64,000 nucleotides of DNA, taken from assembly GCA_963787125.1 (NCBI GenBank), contig CAWBBV010000016.1, forward strand, positions 32,001 to 96,000. The letters are read 5' to 3'. Source of the stretch: an uncultured delta proteobacterium. GTDB lineage: Bacteria > Desulfobacterota > Desulfuromonadia > Geobacterales > DSM-12255. Below the pieces are notes generated by a model. That model did not search any database and had not been told where the DNA came from. It worked only from the letters and a program-made list of their open reading frames with translations. Shown here one piece after another: positions 18,839 through 27,518 of the stretch. A program made the position numbers and the translations under genes. Each line of letters opens with the position of its first letter. The first letter of the stretch is position 1.

Positions 18839-20363
18839 ACAATGACACTGGCGACTGACGCGCCTTGTCCTGTCGCGGGGCTCGCTTCGGTTTCTTCTTG
18901 GCAGTCTCCGGCCCACGATCCCGTAACATGCCGGAAATATGACCGATTAATTCAAAGTTCGAGGCGTTGGGGTACAGCGCACGCGCTTTTTCCGCCATCA
19001 GAGAAGCGATGTCTTGGGCCAAGCCAACCTGGACCAGCGCGGCGATGAGTTGGTCGGCCCAATTATCTTCGGCGGGTGGATCATACTGGTCGGGGGGTGA
19101 GTCTTGCCGCAACATAGGCTCAGATTGCAGCATTGCATTCTGGAAAATCTGACAGACATGGTTTTCCAGCGGCTTCAGATCATCATATTTATCGATTTCC
19201 TTCTCATTTTTGGTCTTGAGCGCGGTCATCATCGGCTCGATTACCTTGAAATGCTGGGAGGCCGTCTCGCGGAACAACTGGGCGTCCATCACTTCGGGGG
19301 TGTTGCGGATGGAGCTCTGTTCCATTACCTGAAGCTGGGTCAGCATGAACAACTTGATAAGCACGTCGATGATACCTTGGCTTTCATCATAGAGCACGTT
19401 GCGGATATCATCAGTCAGCGGAGTTTCCTGAAGGGTCCACTGGAACTTCCACAGGACGTCGACAAAATGGTTCCATACTGGTCCAGGCTGTAACCGCTCC
19501 CAGACGGCACACCCAAGACCATTGGCACGACGCGCCTGTCGGAAATCGCCTTGAAACAACGGCAGCGCTCCCATGGTCCCAACAGTGATGACCGGAATAC
19601 CTATGGTGTTGACCAGAGTGACCAGGAAATTCAACATAGCATCTTGTCCCACCCCATCGGCCAAGGTCAGATGCTGGATCTCGTCAATGACCAGAACCCC
19701 CAAGGCGTGGCGATTCGCCAACTGCGCCATTTCTGCCATCATCAAATCGATGGAATTTTTGTTTTTTCCAAACTGGGCGAAGCTCCGTGTCCCCAATATC
19801 AGGTCCAGTTCGCGGAAAAAATGTCTGCAGAGCTGATTTGCAGAACCCTTGTAAGGGCAGTCGAGCTTTAGCCAAACTACTTGCTGGAGGCTAAAGGGTT
19901 GGAGATGTTCGATAGTCTGCGGATAATATTCCAGAAGCCTGTTGATTGCCGTACTTTTGCCCGCCCCCGAGGTGCCCAACAGAGTAAATCCCTCGGCCGT
20001 TCCCCTTACATAATGGCGGCCCGCGTTCAAATCACGGTTGATGATCCGTTCATGCCCGTCCTGCAGCCGCCGAATATAGTCGGTGGTCAGAGGATTGCGG
20101 CTGACATAGCCTTGCCGTAAGAGTGTCGAGAAGGCGGTTTCCAACCGCAGGTGATGATCAAGTGGTTCGAAGAAACGGCGCAAACGATACAAGCAATTAA
20201 TCCGGATATGGAAAGGATAGTTTCGTTCTTCCGGTTTAAAATATGGAGGATCGGACAGGAATTTCAAGGCGTCGCGCTGGGAAAGCTGCGGAGGCAGTTG
20301 ATTAATGAAGGGGTTGCTACTAAACTCGGGGAGGAGGGCGATATCGGTCTGAGGCTGGTCCAT
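18687..20363 (-). CDS. tnsC: TnsC AAA+ ATPase; 5' exon 20363-18839 (unspliced frame reads into the intron to a stop at 18687)
   Basis: NPFINQLP, Walker A GTSGAGKS, WLKLDCP, Walker B LVIDEIQHL, QARR. Spliced product is 541 aa. Confidence 0.92.
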   Translation of the reverse strand: MDQPQTDIALLPEFSSNPFINQLPPQLSQRDALKFLSDPPYFKPEERNYPFHIRINCLYRLRRFFEPLDHHLRLETAFSTLLRQGYVSRNPLTTDYIRRLQDGHERIINRDLNAGRHYVRGTAEGFTLLGTSGAGKSTAINRLLEYYPQTIEHLQPFSLQQVVWLKLDCPYKGSANQLCRHFFRELDLILGTRSFAQFGKNKNSIDLMMAEMAQLANRHALGVLVIDEIQHLTLADGVGQDAMLNFLVTLVNTIGIPVITVGTMGALPLFQGDFRQARRANGLGCAVWERLQPGPVWNHFVDVLWKFQWTLQETPLTDDIRNVLYDESQGIIDVLIKLFMLTQLQVMEQSSIRNTPEVMDAQLFRETASQHFKVIEPMMTALKTKNEKEIDKYDDLKPLENHVCQIFQNAMLQSEPMLRQDSPPDQYDPPAEDNWADQLIAALVQVGLAQDIASLMAEKARALYPNASNFELIGHISGMLRDRGPETAKKKPKRAPRQDKARQSPVSLCTPVMGVNLWGASPLYGESNTVARQRKPSTSRRQGRLREEGSGGSRSAKL

Positions 20364-20369
20364 GATGGC

Positions 20370-22517
20370 TTACTCCTCCTCTTGATCATCTTTGCGAAAT
20401 TTTCGTAACATCTCGGTGATGTCTGGCAGGCTGTAGTCTTTCTTTGCCGGTATGCCGGGAAAGGGAACGACATCTGCGGGTCGCGCCGTTTGTTTACGCT
20501 CAGGTCGCAGTGCATCACGCTTCTGCAAAGCTGTCCGCTCCACCTGACGATTGGGGCGGATTTCCTTGGTGCGTTGCCGGCTCGACGCAGGTGATCTGTT
20601 GGCCAGCGCGGATTGGGCCTCGGTCACAATCTGCTGAATCTGCTCTATCAGGTTGATGCGACCCGTAGTTTCCTCGGGTTGCTGCATGCGGGCAACACTC
20701 TTGGCCTCCTGTCGTAACTGATCAATTTCCCACAAAGTTTTGCCGACATGTTCGCGGCTCTGCCCCATCAGTGTACAGGGAATGAAATGCGGCTGACCGC
20801 TTTCGCCTTGTAGCCATATGTCGTCCATGCATCGTGGATCATAAGAAACGACGATCCGCCAGTTTCTGACCTGCCGGGCGCGCTCGAACCAGTGTTCCTT
20901 GATGGCCAGCGTGCAGGAATAGTAGAGCCCGAAAAGACGGATGCCCCGCTCTGTTACGGTCGCGTTGTCATGCGGCAGCAGACTGAGACGGACCAGATCA
21001 GCTGGATATTGCCGCAACCGTCCGCTTCGGTTAGCGATGCCCCAATTCCATAACTCAACTGGGACGGCGGGAACTCGATCGCGAATCATCTCGGGACTGA
21101 GCGGGTACTCCTTCAACCGGTGCTGGATGTTATAGTATCGGACACAGACAAGTAGAATTTTTGTGAATTGATCGATATTCAGTGTCGCGTCAAGGCGATA
21201 GTCATTGCCACCGCGCTGCTGATAATCTTCCTGAATATAGCCGGGGGTATATGCCTTGAATCGCGCTGGGAGCAGGCGGAATTGTTGTTCCACCACCCCT
21301 TTCCAATCGGCGCGATAGGGAGCGGAGTTTTCTATCCTGACGGCAAAGGCCTTAATCAGCGTTTCTACCATCTGCCCGACCATTTCCCCCCGGTCGCCCA
21401 TAATAGCTTCCGGCATGCCCTGGCAGGGCCATTGGTCGCTACTGAAGCTGACGCCAAACCGGTCGCAATAAGGCCCCTTGTCCAATATGGCATTGCTCAG
21501 CGCCTGCATGGCTCCCACCCAGCTTGGTCCCTCGAACCCGACATGCAGGCCGGTAATCATTCTGCTGAAAACGTCTATGATGACGTAGACAACTGGACGG
21601 CCAACGATCTTGTCCGAGAAATAACGGGAGACGAGATAAACATCGGCAATGGTTGCGTCGATCAGGTAGCGGGAGCCGGGACCGATGGTCTCCGCCGTGG
21701 CTGTGCCGGTCAATGCCCGCATGTCCTTGTCATAGACACGCGGTGAGACCCGCCGCCGCTTCAATTCGAAGATGTCGTTGTCCTTTTGATACCAGTAACG
21801 GAACTGCCACCAACTGGGCGCATCTGGACGTAAAATCAGTTCCTGCTGGCTGGTTTCCGTATTGATCACCGAGTCGGAAAAGAAAGATCCCAGCATGGCA
21901 TGATAACACTCGGTCAGTTCAAAGACCGAATGCATGGCATAATATTTGGTGATGGCCACCTTGAAGATTAGGCGTGTTTCTACGGTAACATTGGCCGAGG
22001 GCTCGTTGTTTTTCGGCGGTCGCCCCCGTGGCTTTCCTGTGGCGGGACGCTCCTTCCCCCTCCCACCGCAATAGTCATAGTCTGGCAGCAGGGCATTGGG
22101 AGTCATGCCACGCTGCCAGTAGCGACGTAGCAACCGCAACAGGCTGTGGCAGCTTTCGCCATGAGCCGTGACGGTTTCGGCGATAATCTGCCCCCGCTTG
22201 CGGAGGTCGAAAATCTCTGGTTGCCGGGCGAGCAGCGGTGCGATTCGAGCATAGTTCTCATCACGAATGACGCGTTGGGCGGGTGAGAGCTGATCCTCGA
22301 TCACCATGATCAGGAAGGGATCATCTGCTCGCAGATGAATCGCCTCCTCGCTCTGCAACCGGATCACATCTTCATGCCGTCGATAGGCCGGATTGGCCCG
22401 TTCCGCCAGGATATCGATGACAACATATCCTGGGTCCAGGGTATCGAACCATAGCACCCGTTCGGTGTGACCGTCTTCGGTAAATTCCAACAGCTGGTTC
22501 AGGGTCAGGAGGGTCAT
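20370..22517 (-). CDS. tnsB: TnsB DDE transposase
   Basis: GPGSRYLIDATIAD, MGDRGE, KGVVEQQFR, and a Mu-like C-domain (VSYDPRCMD). Confidence 0.93.
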   Translation of the reverse strand: MTLLTLNQLLEFTEDGHTERVLWFDTLDPGYVVIDILAERANPAYRRHEDVIRLQSEEAIHLRADDPFLIMVIEDQLSPAQRVIRDENYARIAPLLARQPEIFDLRKRGQIIAETVTAHGESCHSLLRLLRRYWQRGMTPNALLPDYDYCGGRGKERPATGKPRGRPPKNNEPSANVTVETRLIFKVAITKYYAMHSVFELTECYHAMLGSFFSDSVINTETSQQELILRPDAPSWWQFRYWYQKDNDIFELKRRRVSPRVYDKDMRALTGTATAETIGPGSRYLIDATIADVYLVSRYFSDKIVGRPVVYVIIDVFSRMITGLHVGFEGPSWVGAMQALSNAILDKGPYCDRFGVSFSSDQWPCQGMPEAIMGDRGEMVGQMVETLIKAFAVRIENSAPYRADWKGVVEQQFRLLPARFKAYTPGYIQEDYQQRGGNDYRLDATLNIDQFTKILLVCVRYYNIQHRLKEYPLSPEMIRDRVPAVPVELWNWGIANRSGRLRQYPADLVRLSLLPHDNATVTERGIRLFGLYYSCTLAIKEHWFERARQVRNWRIVVSYDPRCMDDIWLQGESGQPHFIPCTLMGQSREHVGKTLWEIDQLRQEAKSVARMQQPEETTGRINLIEQIQQIVTEAQSALANRSPASSRQRTKEIRPNRQVERTALQKRDALRPERKQTARPADVVPFPGIPAKKDYSLPDITEMLRKFRKDDQEEE

Positions 22518-23353
22518 GCTCGCTTCTCCATATAGCTGGAAAGTGGCATCTGAAACGATGCCATGGTCAGTCGGTCGCTCAGCGTCAGGGTCTCCATGTC
22601 GCAGATGATCGACTTAGTGGCCAGGAGATGGCGGAACAGCATCAGCCCATCACCATCGATTAGCTCTAGGCGGGCCTCCATGTCGGAGCAGAACTGGCGT
22701 AAAGTCTGCCACGGTGAGGCCATAACCTGTGCCAGCATCCTTCGGGCTGCGTCCTGGTAAAATCCGGGATGTGGTTCGATAAGATCATTCAATCGATAGA
22801 AACTGTGAACCCATTCGATATTGCGAATCAGGCAGGTGGGAAGAACTGCCGGGGTGACGATGCTCCAGTCAACCGCCTTGGTGCCCCAGTAAATCCTTTC
22901 TATTTCAAGCTTTTCTCTTGTCCGGGGAACGTCGAGATCCTTGCCAAGCTTGACCGCATAGGCCACTTGGGCCAGGCATCCGTCTTTCCAGACATCGACC
23001 AGAAAGTCAGTGGTCATGACCATCGGCGTGGACATGCCGGGAAAGCGGGGAGGTTGGATATTACAGGTCTGAGCGATGAGGGTTGTTGCGGACCGGTCGA
23101 GGGGGAATTGTTCCCGGATATCGGCGACTGACTCTTCCCATTCCAGCCAGTAGAACAAGCTACGTTCAATATCAGAAAGAAGATGGTGTATTCGGCCAGT
23201 ATGAATGCCCATAGGGCGCGTGCTGCGCCCTATCGAGGGGACATCTTGAACGGTTAGCCAGGGCTTGTAGTCATTCTTGTTTCCCTTTCCCCGTCCTTCC
23301 TTTTCGAACAGGGCAATCCGTTGTTCGTCAATGACATATCGGCGTCGTGCCAT
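22514..23353 (-). CDS. tnsA: TnsA endonuclease
   Basis: EGRGKG...YKPWLTVQDVPSIGRS...GRIHHLLSDIE...DIREQFPL...TTDFLV...KLEIERIYW. Confidence 0.95.
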   Translation of the reverse strand: MARRRYVIDEQRIALFEKEGRGKGNKNDYKPWLTVQDVPSIGRSTRPMGIHTGRIHHLLSDIERSLFYWLEWEESVADIREQFPLDRSATTLIAQTCNIQPPRFPGMSTPMVMTTDFLVDVWKDGCLAQVAYAVKLGKDLDVPRTREKLEIERIYWGTKAVDWSIVTPAVLPTCLIRNIEWVHSFYRLNDLIEPHPGFYQDAARRMLAQVMASPWQTLRQFCSDMEARLELIDGDGLMLFRHLLATKSIICDMETLTLSDRLTMASFQMPLSSYMEKRA

Positions 23354-23419
23354 GGCACCCCTCCGGGAATAAGATCATCCTAATGACAGAATACACCGAT
23401 ACCCGAAGAAAGCAATGGT

Positions 23420-23487
23420 CAGGACCAAACTTTATTCATCACGAGCAAACTATTTTACCCATGAGCAAACTTTATTACATCTGGACA
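23420..23487 (-). repeat. Tn7 right end with three ~20-bp TnsB-binding repeats
   Basis: Minus strand TGTCCAGA-TGTAATAAAGTTTGCTCATG-GGTAAAATAGTTTGCTCGTG-ATGAATAAAGTTTGGTCCTG. Confidence 0.88.
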
Positions 23488-23511
23488 AAGGAGTCTTCGG
23501 CAAAGCTCAGA

Positions 23512-25347
23512 TCATTCGACTGTAACGCTTTTTGCCAGGTTCCTCGGCTGATCCACATCGGTCCCTTTCATGACTGCAATGTGGTAGGCAAGGAGTTGCA
23601 TCGGGATGGAGAGGAGCAGTGGCAGCAGCTCTTCGGCAGCAGGGGGAATCTCGATGACCGCCTCGACTTTCCCTCGGACATCCTGGTCTCCTTGTGTGCA
23701 GACAGCAATCACCCTGCCGCCCCTGGCAATGACCTCCTCCATATTGGAGGCGACCTTATCGTAGGTGCTGTTTTTCGGCACAAGCACCACGACCGGCATG
23801 TTCTCATCAATCAGGGCTATCGGGCCATGCTTCATTTCACCTGCCGGATATCCTTCGGCATGGATGTACGAAATTTCTTTCAGTTTAAGCGCCCCTTCAA
23901 GGGCTATGGGGTAGTTCATGCCGCGCCCCAGGTAGAGGAAGTCGCGAGCGTTCATATAGCGCCTGGCGATCTTCTCGACAGTTGCATCAAGCGTGAGTGT
24001 CTCCTCCATCAGTGAGGACACCTGCAGGAGTCCTTTAGTCAGGACGATTCCTTTTGCCTTGTCTATTCTGCCGATTCCCCGGCCAAAACGGATAGTCAGC
24101 AGATAAAGGGCGACCAACTGGGTAACGAATGCTTTTGTCGAAGCAACGCCGATTTCAGGGCCGGCGTGGGTATAAATAACGCCATCCGCCTCTCTGGCAA
24201 TCGAGGAATCAACGACGTTGCAGATAGCAACGGCTTTTGCCCCACGCGAGCGCGCTTCCCTCATGGCTGCCAGAGTATCGGCGGTTTCACCGGACTGGGA
24301 GATCAGCACCATCAGCGTCCGTTCATTGACAACGGGATTGCGGTAACGAAACTCCGAGGCAATATCCACCTCAACCGGCAGGCGACAGTGCTCTTCCAGA
24401 AGGAACTTGCCGACAAGTCCCGAATGCCAGGAGGTGCCGCAGGCAACGATGCAGATCCTGTCTATTTTTGCCAGCGCTTCATCGTCAAGGTTGAAATCTT
24501 CGAGGAAAACATCCCCCTCCTCCTCCAGCAGGCGGCCGGAAATTGTATCCCGTATGGCTCTTGGCTGTTCATAAATCTCCTTGAGCATGAAATGCTTGTA
24601 GCCCCCCTTTTCGGCCATAAGAGGTGACCAGTCGATATGCCTGGACTGCTTGACCAGTTTCTCGCCGGCAAGGGTCGAAAATTCAGGCTCCGTGGCTAAC
24701 GCCCGGAACAGCACGAACTCGCCATCCTCCATAAAAACCATTTGTCTGGTATGGGCAAGGATGGCCGGGATGTCTGAAGCTACAAAAAATTCGGAATCGC
24801 CGAGACCAACGACCATGGGAGAGCCCTGTTTGGAGGCGATCAGCACCCCTGGCTCGTCCTCGCAGAGGATGCAGACTGCATATGCGCCTCTCACCTTCGA
24901 GAGCGCCTGACGTACCGCAGACTCAAAGCCGCAGCCGGATTCAAGCTCCTCTTCAACAAGATGGGATATTACCTCGGTGTCGGTCTCGGATAAGAAGCGA
25001 TGGCCGATGCTGCGCAGATTCTCTCTAAGCTGAAGATAGTTCTCAATGATGCCGTTATGGACAACTATCACACTGCCTGCCTTGTGTGGGTGGGCATTGA
25101 CAACCGAAGGTCTGCCGTGGGTAGCCCAGCGGGTATGCCCGATGCCTATGGAGCCTGGCAGCGGCATGTCGGCAAGAATTTTTTCCAGATTCACCAGTTT
25201 TCCTTCACTTCTAGCCATAACTGCCGAGCCGTTTACGATTGTACAGATCCCGGCAGAGTCATAACCGCGGTACTCAAGCTTTTTGAGCCCTTCAAGGATG
25301 ACAGGAGTCGCCTGCTGATTGCCAATATAACCTACAATTCCGCACAT
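23512..25347 (-). CDS. glmS: Glutamine--fructose-6-phosphate transaminase
   Basis: [26 protein letters not shown]-terminal [11 protein letters not shown] (whose coding sequence holds the attTn7 recognition site). Confidence 0.99.
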   Translation of the reverse strand: MCGIVGYIGNQQATPVILEGLKKLEYRGYDSAGICTIVNGSAVMARSEGKLVNLEKILADMPLPGSIGIGHTRWATHGRPSVVNAHPHKAGSVIVVHNGIIENYLQLRENLRSIGHRFLSETDTEVISHLVEEELESGCGFESAVRQALSKVRGAYAVCILCEDEPGVLIASKQGSPMVVGLGDSEFFVASDIPAILAHTRQMVFMEDGEFVLFRALATEPEFSTLAGEKLVKQSRHIDWSPLMAEKGGYKHFMLKEIYEQPRAIRDTISGRLLEEEGDVFLEDFNLDDEALAKIDRICIVACGTSWHSGLVGKFLLEEHCRLPVEVDIASEFRYRNPVVNERTLMVLISQSGETADTLAAMREARSRGAKAVAICNVVDSSIAREADGVIYTHAGPEIGVASTKAFVTQLVALYLLTIRFGRGIGRIDKAKGIVLTKGLLQVSSLMEETLTLDATVEKIARRYMNARDFLYLGRGMNYPIALEGALKLKEISYIHAEGYPAGEMKHGPIALIDENMPVVVLVPKNSTYDKVASNMEEVIARGGRVIAVCTQGDQDVRGKVEAVIEIPPAAEELLPLLLSIPMQLLAYHIAVMKGTDVDQPRNLAKSVTVE

Positions 25348-25403
25348 AAAAGTCTCCGTTCAAAATTCATGAATTCACTCGACAACTACACTAATAAAAG
25401 CGT

Positions 25404-26774
25404 CTATTTCTTCTTCAAAATCCAGCCGTCCTTGTTAACCTGCGGAGTCCGGGCGATTGCCAGTGAATCCGGCGGGACATCTTTAGTGATAGTAGTTCCG
25501 GCAGCTATCAGTGAGTTGCTGCCGACTGTCACCGGAGCAACCAGCTGGACATCGCTGCCGACAAAGACATTGTCGCCGATAATCGTCCGATGTTTTTTAA
25601 CGCCGTCATAATTGCAGGTGATTGTGCCGCAGCCGATATTGACATCTTTCCCTATATCCGCATCGCCAAGATAGGTGAGATGTGACGCCTTTGACCCCGC
25701 CCCCATGACGATCTTCTTGGTTTCGACAAAATTACCGATCTTCACATGGTCGCCAAGGTTGGAGCCGGGTCTTAAGTGAGCCATCGGGCCGATGGAGACT
25801 TCATTCCCGAGCACTGACTCCGCCAGCACTGAGCCTGTCTTGATGGTTACACTTTCACCTATCCTGCAATCACGGATCACTGCACCGGACTCAAGCAGAC
25901 AGTTGGCGCCGATAACAGTACTGCCTGAAATATGAACGTTCGGATAAATAATTGTGTCTCTGCCGATGGAGACCCCTGCTTCGATATAGGTAGTTGCCGG
26001 ATCGATCAGGGTTACTCCGGAAAGCATCAGCTCCCGGTTGATACGACTACGCTGGATTGTCGCCGCAGCCGCAAGCTGCACCCGGTCATTGACGCCCATG
26101 ACTTCATCCGGATCAGCGGTGGGAAATGCCAGGCAGAGGCGGTTCTGCTCGGCGGCAATCCTGACGATATCAGTCAGGTAGTATTCCCCTTGGGCATTGT
26201 CGCACTTCAGCCCGGACAGAGCATCGAAAAGGAACTCGGCGGACACACAATATATGCCTGAATTAATTTCCGTAATTTCCTGCTCTTCAGAATTTGCATC
26301 CTTCTCTTCGACAATTCTGCTGATTCTTCCACCTTCACGTTTGACAATCCGGCCATAGCCGAAAGGGTTGTCAAGGTGGGTTGTCAATACAGACACTGCC
26401 GCGCCCCGTTTTTCATGATTGGCAAGCATGGCAAGCAGCGTTTCATGGCGAAGGAGCGGCACATCGCCGCAAAGGATTAAAATAGTCCCGTTGAAACCTT
26501 CAAGTGCTGCACGCGCGCAAGCGGCAGCATGACCTGTACCAAGCTGTTCCTCCTGAGTTGCAAAGGTTATTGAATCGTCCGCGGCAAAGAGCTCCCTTAC
26601 CCTGTCAGCCTGATGCCCCACCACAATCGTAACTCGCCCGGCACCGGCAGCCTTGGCTGCCAGAACCGACCAGGAGATCATCGGCTTACCCCCCACACCG
26701 TGCATAATTTTTAACAGGCCGGACTTCATCCGTGTTCCCATACCTGCTGCAAGAATTACCGCTGCGACACTCAT
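25404..26774 (-). CDS. glmU: Bifunctional UDP-GlcNAc pyrophosphorylase/glucosamine-1-P acetyltransferase
   Basis: LAAGMGTRMKS, QLGTGHA, hexapeptide repeats, GNFVETK, TCNYDG. Confidence 0.98.
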   Translation of the reverse strand: MSVAAVILAAGMGTRMKSGLLKIMHGVGGKPMISWSVLAAKAAGAGRVTIVVGHQADRVRELFAADDSITFATQEEQLGTGHAAACARAALEGFNGTILILCGDVPLLRHETLLAMLANHEKRGAAVSVLTTHLDNPFGYGRIVKREGGRISRIVEEKDANSEEQEITEINSGIYCVSAEFLFDALSGLKCDNAQGEYYLTDIVRIAAEQNRLCLAFPTADPDEVMGVNDRVQLAAAATIQRSRINRELMLSGVTLIDPATTYIEAGVSIGRDTIIYPNVHISGSTVIGANCLLESGAVIRDCRIGESVTIKTGSVLAESVLGNEVSIGPMAHLRPGSNLGDHVKIGNFVETKKIVMGAGSKASHLTYLGDADIGKDVNIGCGTITCNYDGVKKHRTIIGDNVFVGSDVQLVAPVTVGSNSLIAAGTTITKDVPPDSLAIARTPQVNKDGWILKKK

Positions 26775-26951
26775 AATGATATGACCTCCAATTCACGACA
26801 CTCGGCCAATTTTACCCACTAAATCAGATTTGACACTTTAGACGATACTGCTTGCCATCGTCAAGAAATTAAGCCTTTTACATAATCCTGGGACCTCGTT
26901 TTGACTTTACACAAAGCAGTGATGCGTTTATATTCTCTAACCGGAGAAACC

Positions 26952-27518
26952 ATGGCAATACTGGATGACATAGCCTTTCTCGAAGGTAATATTGCGGAGC
27001 TGATCATCAAATATGAACAGTACTTCCTCGGCATTGAAAAAAGGGAACCGCAAAACCTCTGCGAAGATATAGAGCGCTTCATCAGGCGCTACAATACCGC
27101 CTCGATTGTCAATACAATGCACAAATTCAAGTTTAACACGCTCGTCGGCAAGTTCAACAGCTACAAACAGTACTGGACACGGACAAACCGGCTCATTGAA
27201 GAGGGGAAATATTCGCGCGACCGTTTCAAGATGGCACGCCACCTGACTGAAGGTGGGGCTCGTTCACCGCTGGAAACTCATGAAAGATCCCATGAAAACG
27301 ACGTGGAAATTGTCTTCCAGCACTATCTTGAGGCGCGCAGGAAGTGTAACCTCCCCACTGAAAATCTCAGCAGAGAGACAATGTTCGCTGCGATTGAAAA
27401 GCAACGTGAAGCGCTCAAAAGCAAACATCACTGTGCTGATGTCGAGTTTAGGGTGGTAATCGAAGACGGGGCGCCCAAACTCAAGGCTAGACCGGCCAAA
27501 ATTTCTGTGAGCCGTTGA
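26952..27518 (+). CDS. Conserved deltaproteobacterial protein (MXAN_5187 C-terminal-like)
   Basis: YEQYFLGIEKREP...YW.R..R.IEEG.Y and VEFRVVIEDG.PKLKA. ATG 26952 after GGAG. Confidence 0.65.
   Translation: MAILDDIAFLEGNIAELIIKYEQYFLGIEKREPQNLCEDIERFIRRYNTASIVNTMHKFKFNTLVGKFNSYKQYWTRTNRLIEEGKYSRDRFKMARHLTEGGARSPLETHERSHENDVEIVFQHYLEARRKCNLPTENLSRETMFAAIEKQREALKSKHHCADVEFRVVIEDGAPKLKARPAKISVSR

Larger units (their letters stand above)
13368..23487 (-). mobile_element. Tn7-family transposon core (tnsABCDE plus right end) at attTn7; element probably extends left beyond position 1
   Basis: Coupled tnsA-B-C-D-E. Terminal TGT at 23487 with three 20-bp repeats, 24 bp from the glmS stop. No second end found in the window. 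Confidence 0.92.

Noticed and set aside
13368..23487. CRISPR-associated transposon (CAST)
   Set aside because: No cas genes or repeat-spacer array in the window; TnsD/TnsE and the glmS site explain targeting.
23347..24015. 222-aa plus-strand ORF across the Tn7 end
   Set aside because: Mostly antisense to glmS, with no recognisable motifs.
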